Assembly (NCBI GenBank): GCA_963575745.1
Contig: CAUYUJ010000048.1
Coordinates: forward strand, 620,001 to 671,331
Source: Prorocentrum cordatum
Lineage: Eukaryota
Direction of reading: 5' to 3'
Length of the DNA stretch: 51,331 nucleotides
Part shown: piece after piece, positions 33,332 to 46,516 of the stretch
How positions within the stretch are numbered: position 1 is the first letter of the stretch
Layout: every line of letters begins with the position of its first letter
Translations under genes and position numbers: made by a program
The notes under the pieces: model-generated
Database searches by the model: none
What the model was told of the DNA's origin: nothing
What the model saw: only the letters and a program-made list of their open reading frames with translations

Positions 33332-36149
33332 CCCTGGTCCTGAGCTTCCATCGCCTTTCGAGACGGGTGCCCAGCAACGGGCGCATCGGCAGCGCGCAGG
33401 AGGGTGCAGGGGAGTGACAGTAAAGTGCCTTTGTCGACTGGGACGGTGCAGGGAAGCAGCAAGAAAGCGCCCTCATCTCCTGCATCGGCCAGAGCTCCCG
33501 TCCGCCCATTGCGGAGCTTGTGGCAGGGCCACCTGATACGTTCCAGATAAACCGTCGCCTTCGAGGACCGAGGGAATTGGTATCTCTTCCTCCCCCTTCC
33601 CTTAGTTTGTCTGCAAGGGTTCTATATATATATACATATACATATATATACAGAATAACAATGTAGAGTCGTATAGGATAACGTGATACGATAATGTAAA
33701 GTATTAAAGTAGTATACGTCATGTAACATAGTAGGGTATAGCGCAGTGCAACCTAACACACGATACGATGATATGGTCGAATACATCACAATGCCATATG
33801 ATACACGATACAGAAAACATAATATATTATAATGTCGCGCAGCGAACTGCATGGCCAGGCCTTTCAGCTGCGTCGCCAGATCGACGCACTACTCAGCGTG
33901 ATGCCCCAGCGACTGCGAGGGCATGATGGGCGAGCTGGCGGGCGAGGTCCGGCTGCCCGCCGCCCCCCGGCCTTGCGGAGGCGACCGCGGCCGACGCTCG
34001 CGCCCGGATGTCCAGCCCCATGGCGGGCACCGGCGGACAAGATAAGGGGTCTGGCGCGCCAGTGCAGCGCCAACGCAAGGCAGTGCCAGCACCAAACGCA
34101 AGGCAGTGCCAGGGCCTCACTCGTCGCTCCCGCGTCAGCCCCTAGAATGGGCATTTACCCGCAGACGGCGGCCTGGCGCTGCAGCCGCCCACCGGGAGCG
34201 GCGACTGGGGAGTGGCGCCGCGCTGCCCGATATGCGCTCGCGCACTGTCCGCGCCATACTGCGACGGCACCGTCGCGCGGACAGTTGCACGCGAGAGCGC
34301 CGACGCGCGCGGCGGCGCCTTTCCCGAGACACTGCCGACGAGGGGCACGCCCAGAATCGCTAAACATAAATTAAATTAACATCAGCCACCAGGCTTACTG
34401 CCGTGAGCCTGACAACGGATAGCGACTCGCGGCGCCACGCGGTCGCTGCGGCTGTGCGCGACCCCGCGTCGTGGGCAAGGACAGCTGGCCGAACCGGCCC
34501 CCCTCGCGCGGCCGCCAGCAGCGCGAACCCCGTCGCACCTGCAACGGATCGAAAGGAAGCGGTTTTGCCTCCACTTGGCACGGCGCCATCCTTGTCCTCC
34601 TGAACACGCTGCGCAGCACAAGTGCACGTGCGTCTTGGTCATGGGAGTCCGCCGGATGCGCCTGGGCATGTTGGAGTCCGCCCGATGCGCTGGCGGCAAG
34701 GCACTGGGCGGCAATTGCGACGAGCATCGCGAGGATGACCCGACCTCGCGCTCATCGCAGATCTCGTTCGACACGAGCACCATCGAGGAGCCGATCCATG
34801 CCATCAGTGGCTGGCCAGCCTGTCGGCCAATGGCAAGGAATGTCCTGTTTCGCAGGAGATTGGCGCCACGCGGACAACAACGCGCACGTTTTCATCTGGT
34901 AGCCCGGGCAGGCACAACGCCCCAGCCATTCGACTGGCGCGATGCGCGCGTGCCCAGCTGCGGCACTTCAGACCGCCCGCGCTACGAGGTGCCATCGCGA
35001 CAGCACGCCATCACAGAGGTCAGCGCCGCATCACCGCCCACGCTTCCTTATAGACCAACCGGCAAGCATCGCAGCGGCCTGGCACGCTGGCCACGCTGCG
35101 CCGACGACGACGGGGCAGCTACGAACAGCCGAGGAAAGCACCTGTGGCATTGCGCTGCTCTGCTGTCCGCTACCTCCAGGCAGCACGCGCCGCGTCGGTG
35201 CCGCTCAACAGTCACAAGACCAACGCGCGGACCAGCCAACAGCTGTAAGTGGTAAGCAATAGCAACTAGAGGCACACTGCCGCGAGCAGCTGGACGAGCT
35301 GCATCTGCGCGCGCACGAAGCCGCGCGGGTGCGCTCCAGCTACACAGCCGCGCAAGCGACGCAATGGACAGCTACGCCCACCGGTACCTGCCGAAGGCGA
35401 GCTGCCACACCAGCAGCGTGCCCGAAATAAAGCCAGTGAGCGAATCTGGCTTGAAGGCGCGATAGGTGCTGCGGCTCGAGCGCACGTCGGGCACGATGCG
35501 TCCACTGCAAAGGCAGCGCGGTGAATGTAATGGCACCTCATTGCGGGTGGCCCCCTGTGGCCTAAGTGTTGCGGAGTGACCTTCTCCATTGCCCGGTAGC
35601 CCCGACTCGAACAGGAGGGGTCCGTTGCAGTATTGTTCAGAGTTTGCTAGCTTTCCTGGTCCTGCTGAAAGAGGAAAAGACCGCCGCTCTGCTATCTCTC
35701 ATGTTACCATTGCCGCAATGTCTTTTCCTCTCACCACTGCCACCCGCAATTATAGTTATTCCTCCTCCCTCCTCCCTCCTTCTTCCTCCTCCTCCCCCTC
35801 CTTGTCCTCCTCCCCCTCCTCCTCCTCCTCCTCCTGCCTCCTCCTCCTCCTCCTCCTCCTCCTCCTCCCTCCTCCCCTCCTCTCCTCCTCCTCCTCCTCC
35901 TCCTCCTCCTCCTCCTCCTCCTCCTCCTCCTCCTCCTCCTCCTCCTCCTCCTCCTCCTCCTCCTCTTCGGATTCGGAATCGGAATCGGAATCGGGGTCTA
36001 AAGACGTCTGACTGGGCCGCCAATCTAAGCACTGGGAAGACAAGGAAAAGGGGACAGGGGTACAGCAGAGCAGCAGGAGAGGAGGAGGGACATCAGGGGC
36101 CGAAGCACGAGACTTCACCTTCGCCCTCCGACGCAAATCCGTTGAAGTC

Positions 36150-39100
36150 AGCGTCCTGAAAACAAAACCCGACGAACACTTCAGGGAGCACGGCAATTTC
36201 CACGGTCGGTCGCACCCTCATTATCAAACCATCCCTCCAAATCCTTTTTTCCCCAGGCTATCTACCCCCATTGATGACGGCCAATGCGCGCCGTGATTTG
36301 ATGCGCTGTGTGTCTCCCCGAACAACGTCTTGAACAAAGGTTCTTAGGATCAGCGGAGGGATGCACGTGGAAGCAACAAGTTTATACAACAAAGGGCTGC
36401 CACAGATCGCAGCAGCCAGGGTTCGCACTGCGGCCACCCGCCAAGAGAGGCCCGACGGCCCAAGGGAAATTCAACCGAGCGGACAGGCCGTGAAAGACCC
36501 GAGGCAGCGGTCCAGGAGCAGACGGATCGGCCCAGGAGACTTCCCCCCGCCACCCGAATGAGAGCCACGGCGCCCGACCTCGCAAGGGGAACCAAGAGGC
36601 CCCGCAGCCTTTGGAAAAGTAGCGATTACCACGACGAGGTCGTAGAAACGATAGGTCGCAAAAGGATGGTTCACAGACCCGCTTGCTCCACGGACCAGCA
36701 CAACACGCTTGCTTGAGACAGCACCTATGTCGTTGAAGGGAGACGGGCGAGGATGAGCAGGTCGGAGGTCATCCCGAGGAGGTACAATCGTCAGATAATT
36801 ATTGGTGTCGAGCGAGATAAGATGGCCGGGGAACTCCAACCTCGGCCCCAGGATTCTGACCTCTGCAACTTCCGCCAAATTATCGGGAAGCCCTCGGTTC
36901 CTGATTTGGGCTTGCAACTCGAGTGCAAGCTGAGTCCATGTCTGCAGTTCTTCAATGGGTTCCCGTGCGCCAGACTGATACCAGGCGTACCGACATCCAC
37001 TTGCTTTCTTCAAGTGTGCATAGAGGTTAGTAGGGGGTTGGTACTCCTTGAGGCAAACTTGGCAAGTGGAACCATCGGCGGCATATGATTATACCTGCTT
37101 AGCATTACTATGGCAGCGGCTATTCTGCGTAGTGAGAGAGCCCATGTAGGCTCAGTATGACAGCCACATTGGTAGCAGAAGTGATGGTGACCGTGTCCAG
37201 AGCATCCTCTGGAGCTTCAACGAGGGCCCAGGGAGAAAGACCACCCTAAGCGAGGAAGCTATTCTTTCCAGCAGCTTACCCCCAGCCTCGTCTGAAAGAG
37301 CCTCAAGGGCCCGCGAAGCAAAAGTTTCTGAGATGGGTCTTAAAGCCCCTCGGGCCAGCCGTAATGCGCGCAACCAAATCCGAGAGACAACCAGCCCCAA
37401 GGACCTCTTCCTTTCGGCAATAAGAATTCATCAAGTGAACATCCTGCTTCAGCTCGCTGGTTCACCCAGTATCTGTAGCCAACAGACAGTCCAATACGGT
37501 GAGCAGGCCAGCCGACGCGTTCCTGAGCAGACGTGGGAGATACTTCAAACGCGCAATCTGCAGCACTTGCCGAAATTGGAGCCTGTAGGTTCGCAGCAGA
37601 GCTTCTGAATGTGAAACTTGGCATCCCCCGTGGTTGCTTAGGGGCAGCCCCAAAGCAGCACAGTACACGGCGACCTTCGCAAGTATAAATTCTTTCGTGG
37701 CACGAGAGGGAAGAGGGGACCACGTGGCCTTGTTGAAGAACATAGGGGAGAGGGCGCACGCTTCATTGTATTGCGCTTTGTACTGCAACGGGACGGCCCC
37801 CCTCTTACCCTGGACGCGCTGAATGGGCTTGGCCCCAGCCCTGGCTAGTGCGTGACCTCGGGATCCATGGAACCCTTGTCGTTGATTAAGGTGCCCAGGC
37901 ACTTACTGGTGCGGCTGATGGCGACAGCCTCACGAAAAGGAAGGATGACGTTGGCTCCATGAGTCCATGGTTGCTTATCATCCTGCTTGACTCCCTTGCC
38001 TGCAGATCTCGTCAGGAATATAGTCCTCGCTGCATTGAGCCGAAAGCCAGCAGCAAAGACTTCTTGTTCCACTATAACTGCCGCTGCTTGAGCACGCCCC
38101 TGTAGAAGCTCGGGTGCATGTGCCGCGCCAACAACCGCGAACTCATCAACGAAAGCGAACGTGTCTTGCCAATGCGCATGATCACTTGGTTTGGGGAAAC
38201 GCATGGGCACATCAGCTGGGGTCTCCATCCGAGTTCCCTTTCGAAAATCTGTTCCTGAACCTTATAACAATTGGGGCAAAGCCAGGGTTAAAGACATCCG
38301 CGGCATGCACGGTACCAGGTTTGCACCCCAACATGGGACGTGTGAAGCCCGAGGCCCCACGGACACGCAAGAAACCACGGTTTCAGGATTCAGCGAACAG
38401 GGCGAGAAGGTGGTCGGAAACCAAAGAGGACGCCAAAGGGGAGGGGACAGCATTCTGGAAGGCACATTCCAAGGTGCACAGGCAAAGTGGGCAGGGCTTT
38501 CTGGAAATCTTCCGCTTCGGCGGGCATGTTGATTACAGTTTGTCGCATGATCGTGCAAAAGGCCGCCTTAAGGTCTATGCTGAGTGTGAAGCACGGAACT
38601 CTGTCCACAAACTGTGCTTGCAGCCTAGAGATGATGAGATGTGCCACGCAGTCCGCACTTCGTCCTGGCACGCCGCCACACTGAGCATCCTGCAGTCCTG
38701 TTGCCAAAACAGTGTTCAGCAAGCCGCGCAAGAAACGGCGGTGTAATTTACAGTTGGTACATTCCGTGCTGGCCAATAGAACGTTCATGCGACTGTCTGC
38801 CAGAACAGCCTTGGGGCCAATCTTGAGGAGAATGGGGTGAAGGTGGCAGTCCTCAGACCCTGGTATGGGGGGCCCTGGGGCCAGCGGCAGATCCCCCAGG
38901 GACAGCTTGGATGAGCCTCCTAAAGTCCTGGAGATAGCAGCATTGTTGATGTCTTTGGTGACATCCTCAGCCAATGTCGTGCCCTTCTTCAAGAAATGCA
39001 TAACATCTTGAGCATTTACCGCCGATGCAAACCCAGTCTTCCCAAAGTGCCTCTGCAGGTCATCCGCAGCCTGTTGGGCCGGTTCAAGGACTTTGCCAGA

Positions 39101-41300
39101 AAGAGAAAGAGATCCTTACGCAAGGGAAGCATGGCCATCTTCTTTGATGTTCCCGCCCGGGGCCAAAAGGGAGCGGGTCCGTTTCCCACTCGGTTCTAGG
39201 AAGGCTCTCGTCAATGGCCACGCATATGTTCTCCTCCTGCTGGTTCAAACAAATCGGTCTAATATGTCTCCGCTCGCGCATGCTGCACCTGTGTCGCTTG
39301 CGGAATGAATCGAGTAAGGGAGAGCACTAGCTCTTCTGCCCGGATGCGTATCCAAGCGTAGTCTTGAGCGGCGGTGAGACACAGAAGCCATGGGCCCAAT
39401 AAGTCCCTAGAGAGTTGCGAATCGTCATCTTCAGGGCTGAAGAGGCAAGATGTGCAAGGTCCCCATCGCGGATACGCTGGGCCGTCACGAAGATATGTTA
39501 ACTTGCGGTTTGAAGCCCTGAGTGCGAACGAGGTACAAGTTGTTCCTAATATGCATGCGAATTCTGATGAGGGAGGGGAGAGAGAGAGAGGCAGAAATAT
39601 CAGGACGTCTCACCCTGACCTTGTCTCTCCCGAAACACCTCGCCGCTTCCTTGTTGATGGAATCCAGTGACTTGCGAAGCTGAGTATGCACGTTGCCCTC
39701 CCACGGTTCCAGCATGCAGCCTTCGCACGCACATTGAAAACCATGGATGCACCGTTCATCGGTTTTTTTCTCCCGGCCAAGGGAAACCGATCCAGATTCG
39801 ACCAGAGGTTTCCTGATTCCATTCTAGGAGACACAGGACAGGAAAATGATCCTCGTGATCGCGCAGAACCTCCATGCCATGAACCGCCGATGCGTGGCTA
39901 ATGGATGCAGCAAGTTCTCTGGCGAGCAGCGCGTAGTCTATCCTAGTGGGTCTTACTTGCTTTCGTCACCTACGGCGTTAAAAGTGCTGGCTGCGACCAC
40001 TGCTGTTCGAGAAGAGATTGATGCATGAGTTCGCCACTTGTGTCCTGGTCATCACAGCAACCTTCCTGTCCACCCGGGGTCGAGATAACGGGGCGAAGAG
40101 AAGCATTGGCATCCATAAGCACTACGTCGAGGGGCTACTTGTCGGCCAGGGCCCCAATCTCTTTCCAAAATTAGACTCGCCTGCAAGGGGTGCCGTCGGT
40201 GAGGCGCGTGAGCTACAGAGATATTGCAATTAAGGCCAGGAGCGCTGCGCCTCAGAATGAGTGGCCAAGGTGAGGCGAACAGCACAACGAAATGCTTCAC
40301 CTGAAAGAACTTGTCTTTGCCAATGATCCTGCCGCACTGGACCATCAGGTCCACCTAAAACTCAGTCCCTAAAATATAATATCCGTATCCCGAATAAAAA
40401 AAACATGAAATGAACTTTTCTGGAGGCCAACCAGGGCAGTCAGTGTCCATATCATGGAACCGCTTTGACAACACTCAGCCTGCGAAAGCGCGTGCTACCG
40501 CGGATTCCCCTATTGTGCTCTACGCGGGCCGACTGAAGATTGCAGGTTGCAACTGTAATATACACTAAACATTGATCTGAATAGTGGGCGGCTGCTCGTT
40601 CAGCAACGCAGCATCTTCTGGCGTAACATGAAAGTCGGGCATGCATGCATCCTTCGAGAGCAGCAGTGCTATTTCTTAGGATGAAACTGGGTTGCGCATA
40701 CGCATCAGAGCCTTGCAACATGAGCCACTCCCACTGCTGACTGCGCTGAACACTTACCGCACTGAAAAGCTGATGACAGGGAGGCCGAGGGGAGCCAAGC
40801 TTTTTGGGCGCCGTGGCCTTGGCCACATTGTCCGCAAGGACATTCCACGTGTGGCCCACATGGGCCTCGATGTGCCCGTGGTCCACTTGGACCTGTGTGC
40901 GCACGAACCTGAAAACCATTAACAGATACATGGTAAGCTTCTCAACACATCCAGGAACAACACCCTCCTTGGCAGCACCTAGTGCGAGAAGAGAGTCGGT
41001 AGAAACATTGACCCTACATCTAGGCGTGTACCCTACAAGCCAACAGAGCGAGCACACCAGAGCCAGGCATTCCGTCGCGGTGCTCGTGGCTTCCAGAGGC
41101 CCGATGCCCATGGCATTCGTGCTGGCAACGTCTCCCCCGAGAACCCCCTGAAAGGACTGACCTCTGTCACCATGCCCCACGACCACCACTGCCCGTGCCC
41201 CCTTCCCCTCCCCCTGAGCACCACAGGGAGCCGTCAGTGAACAGATGGGGAGGCCGTGGAACTGTGGAACGGCCCGGCCCGCATCGGGCAGGTGTCCAGG
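36150..41300 (-). mobile_element. Decayed LINE-like non-LTR retrotransposon (RNase H - APE endonuclease - RT)
   Basis: All on the minus strand. RNase H: LFTDGS (~41240), TECLAL, STDSLLAL, HIEAHVGHTWNVLADNVAK. APE: ITVATCN (~40550), LVGLQKS, LMDANA, TRIDYAL (~39930), HEDHFPV (~39845). RT: AQCGGVPGRS, SIDLKAAF, KGTRM, AFVDEFA, GFRLN, KCLG. Stops and frameshifts throughout. Confidence 0.85.
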
Positions 41301-42099
41301 CCGAGCTTGGCCTCGGGCCAGAACAGACCTGTGTCCTCGAGCTGCTCCTCCTCCTCCTCCTCCTCATCCTCCTCCTCCTCCTCCTCCTCCTCCTCCTCCT
41401 CCATATCCTCCTCCTCCTCCTCCTCCTCCTCCTCCTCCTTTTCCTCCTCCTCCTCCTCCTCCTCCTCCTCCTCCTCCTCCTCCTCCTCCTCCTCTGCGAG
41501 AGGCTCAAGGTGCTGGGGAGACGCCTCTCGCAGAATCTCCGCGAGCGGGCCGGCAGAAGGCAACGCGCACCGTGCCATGAATTTGCCTGCGTTGCGCCGA
41601 TCTAACGAGGTGCGGTCCGAGTGAGATCCGAGGCCCCATGGGTTCAAGGTTTCGCAGCCAGTGTTGAGGACAGCCGGTTGCGTCTGGCAGGCCTTAGGCA
41701 TAACCTCTTTTGATGTCGGAGGAGAGTCAGCATGCATAGCACGTGTATTCGGGGCTCCAGGGTTCGGCTCTGTCGCCTCTTCGCCTGCTATGCCTCCAGA
41801 GCTGCACGGTTCTTCCCCATGCTTTAATTTGGGTATTGGCAGTTGCGGGTGTGGGGTGTGACGATCCTTTGTCGTTGCCCCTGCTGCTGCAAAATTTGCG
41901 TCGGCTGCGCTGCGCATCCGCCTGCGACTGCGAATTCTCTGTCTCTGCCGAGGCACGGAACGTGACAAAATAGCCGGATGTGTTCGATGATAAACAAGAT
42001 TGCGTCGCTCAAGACGACGATTTGGGGCGGCAGTTGAGATAATTTCTGCACTCGGACACAAATGCTTGGCGGTGAAAGGAGAGGGGAGGGGGAGGCCCT

Positions 42100-42640
42100 A
42101 GTGCCCGATGTCCTGCAGCACCTGGGCGATCCTCGCTCGGCAGTGTACTCTGCGGTCTCGTGGCCACTGAGCTGCCTGTGGCGCTCTCTTCCCGCCCACG
42201 CGCCGACCCCAAGCCGCCGAGTGCTGTGCCGCGGCTCCTGGGCCCCAGGAGTAGTGGGCCGCCGTGCGCTGACACGGGCCTGCGACGCGACTCGAGCGCA
42301 GCAGGGGGCAGTCGCGGGGCGGGCGAGCGTGGCGACCAGGACGAGAGCGCCGAAGCTGGAGCAGCTGCCGCCATGCTTTGATCACTCCACTTCGAGGCCC
42401 GCAGCGCGCCATTCAACTCCACAACTCCTTTCCGTGATCTCGCGGGCGCTGGATTGCACGTGGCGCTCTCTTCCCGCCCGCGCGCCGATCTCCCAGACTC
42501 AGCCGAGTGCCGCGTCGAGTGCCGCGTCGCGGCCCTTGGGCCCCCGGGGTAGAGAGAGAGAGAGAGAGAGCCGCCGGGCATTGACCCAGGCCTGCGACAT
42601 GGCTCAGACACGGCAGGGGGCAGTCGCAGGGCGGGTGAGT
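42100..42640 (+). repeat. ~285-bp imperfect tandem duplication
   Basis: GTGGCGCTCTCTTCCCGCCC.CGCGCCGA and GGCCTGCGAC...GCAGGGGGCAGTCGC.GGGCGGG.GAG each occur twice. Confidence 0.7.
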
Positions 42641-42944
42641 ATAGCGGCCCCCCCCCCTCGCCCGCCCCCCCCCCCTTCCCATCCCTCCCCCTCAACTCGC
42701 CTCCCCTCCCCCCCATTCTCTTCCCCTCCACCTTCATCCCTTCACCTCCCCCTTCAATCTCCCTCCCCTCCCCCGTCTCCATCACCTCCCCAGCCCCCCT
42801 CAGATGAGGTCCCCGAAACTGAAGGAATTCAAGCACGTGGTGCAGTGTCTTGGTCGTTCCATTGCGAGTTGGGCAGCGCGCCTCAGCTCACTTCGCAGCT
42901 CCTCGGCTGTGCTGAGGAGAACTGCTGACTTGCGAGGCGGGGTA

Positions 42945-43095
42945 CGGTGGGGGCGTTGGTTAAGGAATGCGCCCAGGAGGCTGCAGACCCTGGAAGATTC
43001 CTCATCTGAAGAGGGCGGTGGTGATGTACATGGCCAAGCCTCGCTTTGCAGTTCCGCCAGTCTCCATACCCTGGATTCCTTGTCTGAGGGTTCCT
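42945..43095 (+). repeat. Dispersed repeat family B (~100-150 bp); other copies 2841-2940, ~25660-25730, 28980-29122
   Basis: Shared CGGTGGGGGC..GTTAAGGAATGCGCCCAGGAGGCTTCAGACCCTGGAGGATTCCTTATCTGATGAGGGCGGCGGTGAT...CATGGCCAAGCCTC. Confidence 0.8.
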
Positions 43096-45070
43096 TATTC
43101 AATACCTCCGCCGTACTCCCTGAGCCACCTTCCGACGGCCTGGCGCCCGTCTTGAGGCTCAGGTCCTTCATGTCCTACGCGATGCCAGTGCGGTGAGCAC
43201 CTTCGCTCTGGCTCGCTCGCCGCGGGACTGCGTCGGTCCAGGCAGCAGCGGGCCCTCCACCTGAGAGACGATGTTAGAGGCTGCGCAGGCTGAAGCAAGC
43301 GCTCTGGAGGAGGAGGAGGAGGAGGAGGAGGAGGCGGAGGAGGAGGAGGTGGGAGGAGGGAGGAGGGAGGAAGAGGGAGGAGGAGGAGGGAGGAGGGAGG
43401 AGAGGGGAGGGAGGAGGGAGGAAGAGTAGGGAGGAGGATGAGGAGGGGGAGAGGAGGAGGAGGAGGAGGAGAACTTGCAGGGAGGGGGAAGCGAGCTTGA
43501 GGGCGAGCTCGAGGCGAGAAGGCCCGCCCCCGCTCGCTTCCCCCACCCCCAGGCCTGCCGATCTTGAACCAAAGGCCCCCCAGCATTGGGCGGGCCATGG
43601 TGTCCTTGGTGCGGCTTTGTCCTCGGCGTCGTTCCTCCTCTGCGCTGTGTGCTCGGCTGGGGCTGGTGCAGGAGTCATGACATCTGCTGGGGAGGCCGTC
43701 TTCGGAGGCTTCACTGGCGGTCCAAGGCTCGTCGCTCTTCTCGCGGGGGGGGGGCGTTGTAGGCAACCCGACCGTGATAGGCGCACCCGTCTGAACCAAC
43801 GAAGTCGCCTCTTGAGCTGGCGGAGGCGGCGCTGGCGGTGGACCTGGGTGCCCACCTTTCCCCGCTGCAGTAAGCTCCACGGCCTGACCTGCACCGCTGT
43901 CCGACATCATAGATGTAAGCTTGCCTTGGGAAGACATGAACTGTTACTCCATCACATCCTAGCTCGACATCATCATATGACTAGCTGAGGCAGTTGTACG
44001 TTGCTGCTGCTTGTTGTACTGCAGGCCCGTGATGATGTTGGTTGCTGCATGGTGCGTCGTGTTTGACGGTTCGCCTTGAGGCTCCCATCTTTTGAGTCCA
44101 CCATGAGGATTTCTCGTGCCAGCATTTGGATGTTGTTGGGGAGGGAGCTGAGACAGCTGAGGTACATGATGTTGACGACGGGGGTTACTTCAGAAGCCCG
44201 TCTGATTCGGCGGCCGTATGCGTCTGTGATGGATGACGGTATGCCGAGTTGTTATGTTGTCAGTATTAGTGTGTTTGTTGCAGCGCTGAGTCTTGCTCTG
44301 TCGCGCGGGCATCCTGGATGAGCTCATCCAATTCTGTATAGTTCATTTCGGGCTCCTTCCGTTTGTTGATTGTGTTTCGCAAGGTCTGTTCGAGCTTGTG
44401 CTTCTGAAAACGTGCATATGCTATTGTTTCGCCGATCGGTTTCAGAGTTGTCAAGCAATAAGCTAGCATCGTTAGTCCTCCTTCTTCCAAACAGTCTGCC
44501 GTGTCCGCCCAACGCGCCTCCACCCTTACATTTGCTAAGGTGAACTGGCGCTCCGTGATCCGCTTCGTGTATTCTGGAAACTGGTACATCGAGCCTGGAA
44601 GTTTCCACTTCTCCCATTCTTGGTGGCTCTCGGCTATTATCATGGGGGCAGTTGGAACTTGTTCCAATGTACTGGACCACTGGTTTGCCCGCAATCTGCC
44701 TGGAAGTGGACAGCGACCTCTCTCGACGACGTTGCTGCTATGACTTCCGCACGAACAGAACCAGTGCCACGGCTTGACATGCTTTCCACATTAACACATC
44801 CGTCTCGTTTGCCGTTGCGCCATCACTTTCAATTCTTTGGAACTGACAAGGTGTATCTAAAACCTCCATGGCTTTCAGAATGCGAAGGGTTACTCTTGAG
44901 AGAGTGCGTCGTGCTCTCTGCCTGAGATGCCAGGATGGCTTGGGAGCACGCTTCGTGGTGTAAGGAGTAATCATGAGAAGAGGGATACAGGGAGTGCGAC
45001 AAAGAGCGGCTCGCTTGGGCAACGCAAAGGGTTGGCACGGCATCGGCAGTGTGACCACTTGAGGTTGGAA
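43095..45070 (-). pseudogene. Broken minus-strand coding-like sequence, possibly the 5' part/ORF1 of the LINE
   Basis: Successive non-repetitive minus-strand ORFs (44266-44694, 43973-44167, 43095-43937) lie upstream of and co-oriented with the LINE pol; no recognised domain. Confidence 0.3.
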
Positions 45071-45574
45071 GCCGCCTTTCGGCCAAGACGCCTCTCCTCC
45101 TCCTTCTCCTCCCCCTGCTCCTCCTCCTCCTCCTGCTCCTGCTCCTCCTCCTCGTCCTTGCTCCTCCCTCCTCCCTCCTCCCTGCTCCCTCCTTCCCTCC
45201 CTCCTCCCTCCTGATCATCCTCCCTACTTTCCTCCCTCCTCCCTCACCCCTCCTCCCCTCCCTCCTCCTCCTCCCTCCTCCTCCCTCCTTCCACCTCCTC
45301 CTCCTCCTCCTCCTCCTCCATCCTCCTCCTCCTCCCTCCTCCTCCTCCTCCCCCTCCTCTTTCTCCTCCTCCTCTTTCTCCTCCTCTTCCTCATCCTCCT
45401 GGTCCTCTTTCTCCTCGTCCCTCCTCCTCTACGTCCTTCTTCGCGGTTCGTTTTCCTTATACATCTTTTTCCCTTGTCGCAAGCGGAGGCCAGTTTTTTA
45501 AGCGGTCCGGGCGATTTGCCTCAGACGATTTTCCCATTTATGACCTTGAAGCTTAAACGTTGGCAACAGCATCA

Positions 45575-46020
45575 CAGATGGAGGGCGTGCCGCTTTCAGA
45601 ATGTGTCTCTCGCTGTAGCGCCGCGCACATGTTTTAAACAATTGCAAGAACTTCACGGATTGAGGGCGGGTGGTTTGCACAGTGTGGCTCTCGCATTAGA
45701 GCCGCGCATGCTCGTTTTGAACATTGGCAAGAGTTGCACGGATTGAGGGCCGTTCCGTTTCAAAGTGTGGCTCTCGCCCCAGCGCCGCGTGCATTCTTTG
45801 TAAACCTCTGCAAGAGCTTCACGGGTGGAGGCGGGTCGTTGTCAACATGTGTTTCTCACCTCAGCGCCGCGCACACTCGTTTTGAAGATTTGCAAGAGCT
45901 CCCCAGATTGAGGGCTGGCCGTTTTCAATAAGTGGCTCTCGCCTGAGCGCCGCGCACATTCGTTTGTACGATTTGCAAGAGCCTCACGGATTGAGGGCAT
46001 ATCCTTTCCAAAATGTGGTG
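45575..46020 (+). repeat. ~83-bp minisatellite, ~5 units
   Basis: TTGCAAGAGCTTCACGGATTGAGGGCGG...TGTGGCTCTCGC...AGCGCCGCGCAC recurs in tandem. Confidence 0.85.
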
Positions 46021-46516
46021 ATCGCGGATTCAGGATTATGAGGGTACAACAATTACGTTGATTCGCGGTGTTGAAGTCCCAGGAACGGCGTTTTGAAATG
46101 CTTCAGGATTGTCAAGACAGAACTGTCAGGTTGATCCGTGGCGTTGGGATCCCGAAAACAATGGTTTGGCATGTTTCAGGGTCTTCAAACGGTTGTCTTC
46201 CAACGAGGCAGTTCCTTCAGTGGAAATCAACCGTTGTAGGGGCCTATGAAGACGGAGCTTGGAGGGAGGGTTTATTCCAACATCGTTGATGACTCTTGGC
46301 TTTACACTGGTCCTCCTCCTCAGCCTCCTCCTGCTTCTCCTCCTCCTCCTCCTTCTCCTCCTCCTGGTCCTCCTCTCCTCCTTCCCACGAGCCCAAGCCG
46401 TCGTCACAGGCCATGTGAGCGAAGATCAAAAGCGATTATCATTCGACATGGCGTGGCAACCTTACGCGGTCGCGGTGGCTTCCGCGGGCCGCCGGCGCGG
46501 CACGCTGCACTGGAAA

